Source: a virus
Strand: one strand, 5' to 3'
IMG/VR virus record: IMGVR_UViG_3300029818_000004
Span: 1-44,131 of that record
Length of the DNA: 44,131 bases
Shown here in pieces: positions 24,860 to 32,084 of the stretch. The notes beneath the pieces are model-generated. The model saw only the letters and a list, made by a program, of their open reading frames with translations. It was not told the origin of the DNA and did no database searches. A program made the position numbers and the translations under genes. How positions within the stretch are numbered: the first letter of the stretch is position 1; each line of letters opens with the position of its first letter.

Positions 24860-25006
24860 CTATTGCCCTAACGTCTTCGATATGGGTTCGAACGCTTCGA
24901 TGATGAACGTTGCCGCTTCGCTGGCAAGCCAAACCGCCATGACGGCAGCGTAAAGCTTGACCATGAAGCCGCTAAACAAAAGTCCAAAGATACGTTCCCA
25001 TTCCAT
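24860..25006 (-). CDS. Small membrane protein (48 aa), possibly translated from a leaderless mRNA
   Basis: MEWERIFGLLFSGFMVKLYAAVMAVWLASEAATFIIEAFEPISKTLGQ. The ATG at 25006 lies 7 nt downstream of the P3 -10 hexamer. The longer track ORF would start inside the promoter. Confidence 0.4.
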   Translation of the reverse strand: MEWERIFGLLFSGFMVKLYAAVMAVWLASEAATFIIEAFEPISKTLGQ

Positions 25007-25013
25007 ACGATGA

Positions 25014-25042
25014 ACGATACGACGGGGGCGACGACGTGTCAA
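25014..25042 (-). promoter_or_regulatory. Sigma70-like promoter P3 (TTGACA-17-TATCGT) inside an 8-bp hairpin
   Basis: The -35 is at 25037..25042 and the -10 at 25014..25019. GACGGGGG (25021..25028) pairs with CCCCCGTC (25043..25050), enclosing the -35. Confidence 0.45.
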
Positions 25043-25057
25043 CCCCCGTCATACGAT

Positions 25058-25441
25058 TTATTGTGCGGCGTTCCGTTCGGCGTCGCGCGCCGCTTCACGT
25101 TCAGCCCATGCCTTATCGCGGCGTTCCTTTTCCTTGTCCGCTTCGACGCACAGGGCTTCAGCTTCCCGACGAAGTTCCTTCGCGCGGGCGTGATAGCGGT
25201 CGCTGCGATTGTGTCCGATGGATACCGCCGCGCCCTTTTCGTATGCGTCGGCGGCAAGCATGAAGATTTGCGCGACCAACGGGCCGTAATACGCTTCGAC
25301 GGCGTTCCGCGACCGATAGTCGGCAAGCAACAGTTCGCCCGCCTTGGCCAGCGCCGCGCCGTTGTCTTCGCCTGTGGCGGGAACGGCCCGCGTATCGTCG
25401 TGACGACGCGCCAACGTGAAATAAGCGTGATATGGTTGCAT
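25058..25441 (-). CDS. Hypothetical early protein (127 aa, C-terminal charged coiled coil)
   Basis: Track ORF. RBS AAGGAACGAACCACATG. First gene downstream of the consensus promoter P4. Confidence 0.7.
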   Translation of the reverse strand: MQPYHAYFTLARRHDDTRAVPATGEDNGAALAKAGELLLADYRSRNAVEAYYGPLVAQIFMLAADAYEKGAAVSIGHNRSDRYHARAKELRREAEALCVEADKEKERRDKAWAEREAARDAERNAAQ

Positions 25442-25483
25442 GTGGTTCGTTCCTTGCTACGTCGCCAACTTGACGACGCGCCT

Positions 25484-25512
25484 ATTATACGACGAACGTT
25501 ACGACGTGTCAA
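25484..25512 (-). promoter_or_regulatory. Consensus sigma70 promoter P4 (TTGACA-17-TATAAT)
   Basis: Minus strand GTTGACAC-gtcgtaacgttcgtcg-TATAAT. The -35 is at 25507..25512 and the -10 at 25484..25489, about 40 nt upstream of the ATG at 25441. Confidence 0.7.
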
Positions 25513-25516
25513 CCGT

Positions 25517-25669
25517 TCATTTCAACGGACATTCGGGCCGGGCTTCGTTCAACGACCAACGAAGCGCACAGTCGGGGCAATACACTTCGTCGCTTTGACG
25601 GATTGCCCGGCATGGTGCGAAGGCTTTGCCGCCGCCCTTGGTCGTCGCGTATAGCGTCCGCCGGGTCAT
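25517..25669 (-). CDS. Small zinc-ribbon-like protein (50 aa), not in the ORF track
   Basis: Own translation: MTRRTLYATTKGGGKAFAPCRAIRQSDEVYCPDCALRWSLNEARPECPLK. ATGA overlap with the upstream gene. Confidence 0.5.
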   Translation of the reverse strand: MTRRTLYATTKGGGKAFAPCRAIRQSDEVYCPDCALRWSLNEARPECPLK

Positions 25670-25929
25670 TCGTCTAACGCTTCGTCAATGGCGCGAAAGC
25701 AATCTTCAAGGGTCGCTTCGGTTCCAGCGCGGTTGTCTTCCGGCCCGTCATAGTCGTTATGGACGTATTGAAAGCCCGCCGCCCAATGGTTCGAAATCGC
25801 ATAGTCGCGATATTCAATCGAACCTTCGCCGTAAGGCTTAACGTCCTTATCCGGCCAATTGTGGCAATCGGCGTCAACGTGTTCGAAGATGGTCGGCACT
25901 GTCCGACCGCATGTTGGGCAATTAGCCAT
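25666..25929 (-). CDS. Hypothetical early protein (87 aa) with an N-terminal CxxC...C.H pattern
   Basis: Track ORF 25666..25935 begins at a TTG. ATG 25929 (MANCPTCGRT) has GAAGGAA 8 nt upstream. Confidence 0.65.
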   Translation of the reverse strand: MANCPTCGRTVPTIFEHVDADCHNWPDKDVKPYGEGSIEYRDYAISNHWAAGFQYVHNDYDGPEDNRAGTEATLEDCFRAIDEALDE

Positions 25930-26140
25930 GGTCAAGTTCCTTCAGGGCGCGGCGCACGTCCGCTAGGGCGTTGGCGACCGCATGTGGGCATGACGGGGTT
26001 CGGGACATGACGACAAGGCGCTTGCTGCCCTTGTGGTGCAACGTGACCTTGTCGTGACGCTTCCCGGCCCATACGTCGAACGTCGCGCCGGGGAAGTCGT
26101 CAACGACCGCTTGAACGGCCTTGTGGTGCTTGCGGTTCAT
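25922..26140 (-). CDS. Hypothetical early protein (72 aa)
   Basis: Track ORF with an ATGA overlap with the upstream gene. Confidence 0.6.
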   Translation of the reverse strand: MNRKHHKAVQAVVDDFPGATFDVWAGKRHDKVTLHHKGSKRLVVMSRTPSCPHAVANALADVRRALKELDHG

Positions 26141-26346
26141 GCCGTCGCCCCGTTGATTACGCGCTGAAGCTTGCCGTCCTTGCCGAAGACTTCAATCGGC
26201 TGGCAACCGCCCGCCGCCGCCCGCGCTGCCCGAATGGCGTCGCGCTTGTGAAAGGTAAATTCGGCGTCGCCAACTTGGTTTCGTTCGTCGTCAAGTTCGG
26301 CCATTGCCCAACCCGTCGCCGCGTTCACGAAAAATACTTCAAACAT
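26137..26346 (-). CDS. Hypothetical early protein (69 aa)
   Basis: Track ORF with a strong RBS (GAAGGAAGGATTGAACCCATG). Confidence 0.65.
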   Translation of the reverse strand: MFEVFFVNAATGWAMAELDDERNQVGDAEFTFHKRDAIRAARAAAGGCQPIEVFGKDGKLQRVINGATA

Positions 26347-26398
26347 GGGTTCAATCCTTCCTTCAAAGTGTGGGCGGGGTTGCCCCCGCCCGGCCCGG

Positions 26399-26803
26399 TT
26401 AAGCTTCGACCAACTTCACGTTGTTGTTGTGGTCGGGTTGCAGCGTGAACACCTTTCCTTGAAGAATGATGGTATCGCCGAAATTGAAGCCGGGAACTTC
26501 CTTCTTCACGACCGGCCCGTTGTGGATACAAACCGCGTTGGCGTTCGCCCAATAAAGCTTGTGACCGGCGTATTTGTCTTCGACCATTTGGCGCTTGCAA
26601 CGGTCGATTGCTTCAATCGGGTCTTCGCCGTTCTGAATTGCATAACCGGCGATGGTTCCAAGCGTGAAGAAGTGATAAAGCGTCCCATGCGACCGGCTTT
26701 CGAACGGCAGGGCGATAACGTCGCCATGCTTGAACTTGCGACCGTCATACGGCTTATAAATTCGGTATGCGGGAAAGTCGGCGATTGTTTCGTTGCGGGT
26801 CAT
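26399..26803 (-). CDS. Hypothetical early protein (134 aa)
   Basis: Track ORF. RBS ACAAGGAAACAACGACATG. Downstream of promoter-like element P5 (-35 at 26861..26866). Confidence 0.7.
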   Translation of the reverse strand: MTRNETIADFPAYRIYKPYDGRKFKHGDVIALPFESRSHGTLYHFFTLGTIAGYAIQNGEDPIEAIDRCKRQMVEDKYAGHKLYWANANAVCIHNGPVVKKEVPGFNFGDTIILQGKVFTLQPDHNNNVKLVEA

Positions 26804-26895
26804 GTCGTTGTTTCCTTGTCTTCGTTGTTGATGACCCCTTTTGCCCTATGTCCGACGTAGTGTCAAACGCTAATTTCAACGGTTCGTCGCAAAGT

Positions 26896-27216
26896 TCAAC
26901 GGTTGTCCTTCGCCGACCAATGCAACGACCCTGTGCTTTCGCGGGCCGGGCCGTCGTCACCTTTGCCCACATTGTTTGAAGGCAGCATTTGGGCAGGGTG
27001 AAGGCGCGCTTGCATGACAAGTTCAATCAAGCCGCCGCAATCATACGATATAGCTTCGTATGGCATTGCGCCGCCAACGTCGCCGTCACAGAACCAAAAC
27101 ATGACGCCTTCGCCGTTCGGGTTGTCCGCAATCTTGATAATGCGATGAACGTCGAAATACGCCATGGTTGGTTCGTCTTTGCGTCCGCTAATCTTGCTGA
27201 TAAGTCCGATAAACAT
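26896..27216 (-). CDS. Hypothetical protein, first gene of the leftward early region (106 aa)
   Basis: Track ORF 26896..27225 starts at a GTG. ATG 27216 (MFIGLISKISG) has AAGGTG 8 nt upstream. Confidence 0.6.
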   Translation of the reverse strand: MFIGLISKISGRKDEPTMAYFDVHRIIKIADNPNGEGVMFWFCDGDVGGAMPYEAISYDCGGLIELVMQARLHPAQMLPSNNVGKGDDGPARESTGSLHWSAKDNR

Positions 27217-27229
27217 TTCAATCACCTTA

Positions 27230-27447
27230 TAGAATGATATTGAAGAGGCAGCGAATGGGCTAAGTGCTTGTTTTTAAGCCAAATAGAATAAATAGAATAA
27301 TAGAATACATATACCTAGTCGTATTTTACGTCGGAACGGACATGAAACGCCCCCATTTGACCAACTAGCGTTCTATTGCTCTATTTGTTCTATTTCCCAT
27401 GATTTCAAGGGTTTAGGCCATTCTAAGGCCATTCACCCTTATTCTAT
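27230..27447. repeat. AT-rich iteron array arranged as an inverted repeat (candidate replication origin or early control region)
   Basis: AATAGAATA occurs three times at 27282..27307. The array is mirrored by TTCTATT / TCTATTT / TTCTATTT at 27371..27395 (22 of 25 positions match as an inverted repeat, with a 63-bp spacer). Extra TAGAAT/ATTCTA cores sit at 27230, 27420 and 27441. AGGCCATTC is directly repeated at 27415 and 27426. Confidence 0.6.
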
Positions 27448-29835
27448 GATTTTCGGGTTCGTAATCATCACCGCGCGTTGTGTCGTATTGAACGTCGCAA
27501 GCTGCGACTTCGGCACTTCCTGAAGGTCGCCGGTTTCGCACATAAGCTTTATCATCGCATTGATTGTTGAAGTCGGGTTCATCTTGGCGTTGCGGAACGA
27601 AGCCAAGGCGCGACAACCCTTATGGATTGCGCCGACCGGGAATATCGCAGCGTTGAACAAGTTCGTCGGGATTTGATACTTCTTTTCGGCTTCGGCTGGC
27701 GACATGCGAACGACACGCGCAAGGAACTTGCAAATGTCGGCGTATTGTTTGCCGTCGTTATGACCGCCCAAGCCGCCAACTTCGCCGCGTTCGAAGCGTT
27801 GAAGCAAGTTGCGAATGTCGCGCGACACTAGGTCAACGGCCCATTGGGCGCACGGCAAGTCAATGACCGGGTTCGACGGATAGATACCGACCGCGACCGT
27901 CGCCGCAAGCTTCAGCGCCTTTAGGTGCGCCCGGTTCCACAAGTGCCGGGTCACTTCAGCCGACGCGCTGTTGATTTGACTGTCTGCGAACTTGTCGAAG
28001 CGCGTTAGCAAATCCCGCGCGTCCTTCGAATACGGGACGTTCACGACGCCGTTCGTCGCTTTGTTGACATGGTTCACATGGGCGACAAGCGCCTTGATTG
28101 AACGAACCAAGTCTTCATGCGGTTGGACGTGCGACGCGGCTTCGTTGAACGGGGCGCGTATGCCGTCGTATTCGATGATGACGAAGCGCGGCAACAAGCC
28201 CGACGATACCATGGTTTCGTCAAGTGCTTCGTAAAACTTTTCGGGAACGCTTTCGCCAATCATTGTAAACGACGGCGCTTGAACGGGTTCGGTGTTCTTC
28301 GCGGCGTCGGAATACGCCATTGGGTTTAGCACGTTGCCAGCGCCCGACTTGTTGTAAAGGTCAAGCCAAACCTTCAACACGGCTTTGTCGTGCGGGTTGG
28401 CGTTAGGGTGTGACATACGGCTAATCGTCAAACCGATTTCGCCAAGGATGGAAAGGAAGCACTTCGATTTCATAAACCATTTGATAAGCGCGGCGTCCGA
28501 CCGAATTTCGCCCGGTCCAATGAAATCGTTAATTGCGGGCGCACCTTCAGCGCCATGGGCGACGGAATGAACAAGCTTCATTATGCCGTTCTGTATCGCT
28601 TCCTTGCCCGTCCCGGTCGGCGCAACCAACATGAAGTAATTGTTCAACCCTGTGCCGGATACGTTGTAAGCCCTGCCCACAATCCCCGATACGAAGGCCA
28701 GCGCGCCCGCTAGGCTGATTTGCATGACGGGCCGGGGCGACGCTTCGTAAATGAACCTTGCTACGTCGCCGACCAAGCCGGGCGGCAATGGGATTTCACC
28801 GTTGACGGCTTCGGTTGTCGCGGGCATAGGTGCGTTCGCGGTTGCCGTGTCGGTGCTGCCCGGTGCCATGATAGGCGCGGTTGACAACGCCGGGGGCGGC
28901 GGTCCTTCCCCGCCCCCGTTACCGGCTGAAGCCTTCGCCAAAGCTTCCTTCATGTGCAATTGTATGCCTTCCATGTCGATAGGCGGCAATTGACGGTCGA
29001 ACGACTTGTTCACCATATAGTTGACGTAATCGGCGCGCTTCGCTTTGTCGCGTTCGCCAAGCTTCGACGCCCTGAACATGCGTTCAATCTGAAGGCGGTT
29101 TTGCGTATAGAAGGCCAGTATATCGACAAGCGCAAAGTCCGCTTCGGATTGCGACGAATACATGGTTTCCCAATTGCCCGACCATAGGTCGCTGAACTTC
29201 GTTCCGTTCTGTGCGTTCGACGCTTGGTTGAACACTTCTTCGTCGGTTTGACGCTGTTCAATATCGCCCATGACGTTATACACTTGGGACGGCCCGCCCA
29301 ATTCGTCGTATAGGATACGGGCAAGTTCGCCGTATTCCCGAATGGGCGCTTCCCTGAATACGTCGCCCGTCATGGTCATGTAACGCTTAGACGTGTAAAG
29401 TTCGACGCTTGACCGCTTGCGTCCTGTGGGCAAGTCGGGCGACTTCACGATAATATGAAGCCCTTCGCCTGAAGGCGACCGTTCGGCGTAACTATCGAAG
29501 GCGTTGAAAATCTTCACTTGGCGGTCATGGACGCCTTGCGGGTCGCTATGGATATAAACGCCCGCTTCGTTTTTCTGCCAAGCGTTGTCTAGGTCGATAA
29601 AGCAATACGGGTCTTCGGCGGTCAATACGAACCCCGCGCCCGAAACTTCGCCGCTGTTGATTGCCTGAAGCGCCGTCGCAAAGTCCGACCAAGCCGCCGG
29701 GTTAGTGACCGACGCCGGTAACGCCGTAACAGGCGAATAAGGAACCTTGGTCGGTTTCGGCCCGCCATGGTCTTCTAAGCGCCATACAACCCATTGGTCA
29801 TACGCCTTCATTTCATCCGGTATGTTGTGAAGCAC
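27439..29835 (-). CDS. Bifunctional DNA primase-polymerase (AEP) / SF3 (D5-P4-like) helicase
   Basis: AEP motifs CFIDLDN, SPSGEGLHIIV and VELYTSKRYMTMTG in the N-terminal 180 aa. A Walker A motif (MLVAPTGTGKE) in the C-terminal half. 798 aa, GTG start abutting the upstream stop. Confidence 0.8.
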   Translation of the reverse strand: MLHNIPDEMKAYDQWVVWRLEDHGGPKPTKVPYSPVTALPASVTNPAAWSDFATALQAINSGEVSGAGFVLTAEDPYCFIDLDNAWQKNEAGVYIHSDPQGVHDRQVKIFNAFDSYAERSPSGEGLHIIVKSPDLPTGRKRSSVELYTSKRYMTMTGDVFREAPIREYGELARILYDELGGPSQVYNVMGDIEQRQTDEEVFNQASNAQNGTKFSDLWSGNWETMYSSQSEADFALVDILAFYTQNRLQIERMFRASKLGERDKAKRADYVNYMVNKSFDRQLPPIDMEGIQLHMKEALAKASAGNGGGEGPPPPALSTAPIMAPGSTDTATANAPMPATTEAVNGEIPLPPGLVGDVARFIYEASPRPVMQISLAGALAFVSGIVGRAYNVSGTGLNNYFMLVAPTGTGKEAIQNGIMKLVHSVAHGAEGAPAINDFIGPGEIRSDAALIKWFMKSKCFLSILGEIGLTISRMSHPNANPHDKAVLKVWLDLYNKSGAGNVLNPMAYSDAAKNTEPVQAPSFTMIGESVPEKFYEALDETMVSSGLLPRFVIIEYDGIRAPFNEAASHVQPHEDLVRSIKALVAHVNHVNKATNGVVNVPYSKDARDLLTRFDKFADSQINSASAEVTRHLWNRAHLKALKLAATVAVGIYPSNPVIDLPCAQWAVDLVSRDIRNLLQRFERGEVGGLGGHNDGKQYADICKFLARVVRMSPAEAEKKYQIPTNLFNAAIFPVGAIHKGCRALASFRNAKMNPTSTINAMIKLMCETGDLQEVPKSQLATFNTTQRAVMITNPKIIE

Positions 29836-30051
29836 TTACGTTCCCCGTTCGACGGTAATCAAATAGTCGTGCAAACGTTGCACCGTATTGACGCCGGGGT
29901 TGGGGATTTGTCCGTTGGCGAAGCGACTTATCCAAGCGACCGACACGCCCGCTTTCTGTGCCATCATTGTGAAAGTAACGCAACGCGGGGCGTTGGACAC
30001 TAGGGCTTGTGTTCGCGCCAGCAATGGCGCGCTATCCGTTGTGGTTTTCAT
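29836..30051 (-). CDS. Small helix-turn-helix transcriptional regulator (71 aa)
   Basis: Track ORF 29836..30096. ATG 30051 gives MKTTTDS... The HTH segment is VTFTMMAQKAGVSVAWISRFANGQ. It faces the divergent control region. Confidence 0.65.
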   Translation of the reverse strand: MKTTTDSAPLLARTQALVSNAPRCVTFTMMAQKAGVSVAWISRFANGQIPNPGVNTVQRLHDYLITVERGT

Positions 30052-30081
30052 GCAAAGCCTTCTTCGAATGGTTCGACCGGC

Positions 30082-30117
30082 AACATACAGGCGCAAACAT
30101 TTTGCACAATAGCAAAA
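30082..30117. promoter_or_regulatory. Divergent control region core: GCAAA/TTTGC palindromes overlapping a leftward promoter candidate
   Basis: GCAAA (30093..30097), TTTTGC (30100..30105) and GCAAAA (30112..30117) form nested inverted repeats. The minus-strand candidate promoter is TTGTGC (30104..30109)-16-TATGTT (30082..30087). Confidence 0.45.
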
Positions 30118-30226
30118 TAGGGCTTGACCGAACTTATCCGCAAGGGCATACGAAGCGGGCCGGTCGCCGAAGCAACCCCCGCTGAAGCGACCGGCAACCG
30201 GGCAACTTTAGGAAGGAATACAGATT

Positions 30227-30883
30227 ATGACTTGGGGCAATCCCGCCGCCGCGCCAGCCGCCGCACCGACCGCCATTATGTGCGACCATCCCGGTTGCAA
30301 CAATCCGGCGCACGTTACAATTGAAGTGTTGTCGCCGCCCATGTCCGAAACCGACATGGTCAAGGTCAATTCGTGCGTCGAACATTCCGCCGGTCATACG
30401 ATTGTCGGTATCATCGAAGGCAGCGGCATTGACGAAAGCATTACCAAGCGCCTTGTCGCCCAACACGACGCCGCGAAGGCCGTTCTTGAACGCGCGAAGA
30501 ACAGCGAAATGGAAGCCCGCCTTATGGTCGGCAATTATGCGTTCCCCGTCGCCGGTCGCAAGGAAGGCGTAAACAACCTTGAACTTTCCGACGGACGCAC
30601 CGTCAAGCTTGGCCATAAGGTCAATTACAAGCTTGTCGGCGACCATGACAAAATCGAAAAGGCCGAAGAAGCTTGCGAAGCTATCGGCAATGAAGGTTCG
30701 TTCTTGGTTGAACGTATCATCACTTGGTCGCCGTCCTTCAGCAAGTCGGAATACAACAAGCTTGACGCTTCCATTCCGACACATGCCAAGGTGAAGGCTG
30801 AAATTGACAAGGTGCTTGAAATCAGCAACGGAACGCCGTCGCTTGAAATCAAGGAACCAAAGGCCAAGTTGAACAACCAATGA
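30227..30883 (+). CDS. Hypothetical protein, first gene of the rightward replication module (218 aa)
   Basis: Strong RBS (TAGGAAGGAATACAGATTATG) and ordinary composition. The fully overlapping antisense ORF 30134..30880 looks spurious. Confidence 0.7.
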   Translation: MTWGNPAAAPAAAPTAIMCDHPGCNNPAHVTIEVLSPPMSETDMVKVNSCVEHSAGHTIVGIIEGSGIDESITKRLVAQHDAAKAVLERAKNSEMEARLMVGNYAFPVAGRKEGVNNLELSDGRTVKLGHKVNYKLVGDHDKIEKAEEACEAIGNEGSFLVERIITWSPSFSKSEYNKLDASIPTHAKVKAEIDKVLEISNGTPSLEIKEPKAKLNNQ

Positions 30884-31173
30884 CGGTTGAAGTCATCGGC
30901 GATGTTCTTCACTTCGACGGATACGTTGTCGGGCGTCTGAAATCGGACGTTCCGGCAACGGTTCGGGGTCGGCTTGAAGAAGCTTTGTCCAACGCTTACG
31001 TCGATACCGACGACGACAAGAAAGAAGTCGGCGAAGACGCTTGCAAGGCCGGATACGAACGCGGGCTTGACGACATGGCCAAACAAGCCGAAGAAGCGTC
31101 CGAAGCCGGGTTCGTTGAACTGAAGCAAATTCAGGATTTGGCCAAGACCTTGAAGGAACAATTTGAACCATGA
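30880..31173 (+). CDS. Hypothetical acidic protein (97 aa)
   Basis: Track ORF with ATGA-type overlaps on both sides. Confidence 0.65.
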   Translation: MTVEVIGDVLHFDGYVVGRLKSDVPATVRGRLEEALSNAYVDTDDDKKEVGEDACKAGYERGLDDMAKQAEEASEAGFVELKQIQDLAKTLKEQFEP

Positions 31174-32084
31174 ACGACTTTTCGTCCGCCTTTGGCAATA
31201 TCGTGCCGAACCGTCCCGCAAGCCCACAAGGGGCGGCGTCGGGCGGGCCGTCCATCCTTGGGCAAGTCACGCGCGGGCGGACGAACCAAGGCGCGCGTAT
31301 CGTCATTGGCGGGCAGGAAAAGCAAGGCAAGACGACCCTTGCCGCCGACGCGCCCCGCGCAATGCTTGTCCAATTGGAAGTCGGCGGCGCGGTCGTGTCG
31401 ATACCGAAGACGCCGCTTCTTTCGTCGTATGCCGAAATTATGCAATTCATCGCTGAAGTGAAGGCCGAAGCACAGGCGGGACGCTTCGAAGCGAAGACCC
31501 TTGTATTCGATACCGGCACGGCGCTTGAAATGCGTATCAACGACGCGACCGTTGCGGCGGACAACAAGGGCAAACAATCCATGGAAACCGCCCATGGCGG
31601 ATACGGCAAGGCGTATGCCTATGCGAACGGGTTGTTTGACGACTTCCTTCAAGCTTGCGACGAACTGGCCATTCATGGCGGCATTAACATTGTCTTGACG
31701 TGCCATGTCTTCGCAGCAAAGCAAATCGACCCGGCCTTTGGCGAATACGACCAATGGGACTTGTTGCTTCACAGTCCGAAGAACAACAAGACGTATGGCA
31801 AGCGCGAAATGTTGACGCAATGGGCGGACTTGGTCGGCTTTTTGCATGAACCGTTCTTCGTAACGAAGGGCGAAGGTGAAAACCTTCAGCGCGGCCAATC
31901 GAAGAATATGGGGCGCGTCTTGGGCGTGTCTAGGACGCCGGGTTATGTCGCGGGCAACCGCTACGGCATGACCGGCGAAATCGTAATTCCCGACCCGAAC
32001 GTGAACGGTTACGGTTCGGCGTGGAACGCGCTGGCGCAAGCAATATACAACGCCAGCGGTATCGACTTGTTCAATCGTGATTAG
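31170..32084 (+). CDS. RecA-fold AAA ATPase, Sak4-like recombination/replication protein
   Basis: Walker A IGGQEKQGKTT and Walker B-like TLVFDTGTALE. About 300 aa, followed by an SSB-like gene, which is the usual Sak4 context. Confidence 0.6.
   Translation: MNDFSSAFGNIVPNRPASPQGAASGGPSILGQVTRGRTNQGARIVIGGQEKQGKTTLAADAPRAMLVQLEVGGAVVSIPKTPLLSSYAEIMQFIAEVKAEAQAGRFEAKTLVFDTGTALEMRINDATVAADNKGKQSMETAHGGYGKAYAYANGLFDDFLQACDELAIHGGINIVLTCHVFAAKQIDPAFGEYDQWDLLLHSPKNNKTYGKREMLTQWADLVGFLHEPFFVTKGEGENLQRGQSKNMGRVLGVSRTPGYVAGNRYGMTGEIVIPDPNVNGYGSAWNALAQAIYNASGIDLFNRD

Noticed and set aside
27308-27330. T7-promoter-like string on the minus strand (AAAATACGACTAGGTATATG, about 14 of 19 matches to TAATACGACTCACTATAGG) in the centre of the iteron region
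   Set aside because: No phage-type single-subunit RNA polymerase gene is present and the motif occurs only once. It is most likely a coincidence in AT-rich DNA.
27282-27395. Short repeats that might suggest a CRISPR array or a tRNA-like element
   Set aside because: The repeat units are only 8-9 bp, abut each other without spacers, and are arranged as an inverted pair. There are no cas genes and no cloverleaf can be drawn.
30134-30880. 248-aa minus-strand ORF fully overlapping the plus-strand gene 30227..30883
   Set aside because: Its composition (Arg/Phe/Val/Leu-rich, MVVQLGLWFLDFKRRRSV...) is typical of an antisense frame in GC-rich DNA, and it has no RBS. The plus-strand ORF has a strong Shine-Dalgarno sequence and is coupled to the downstream genes.
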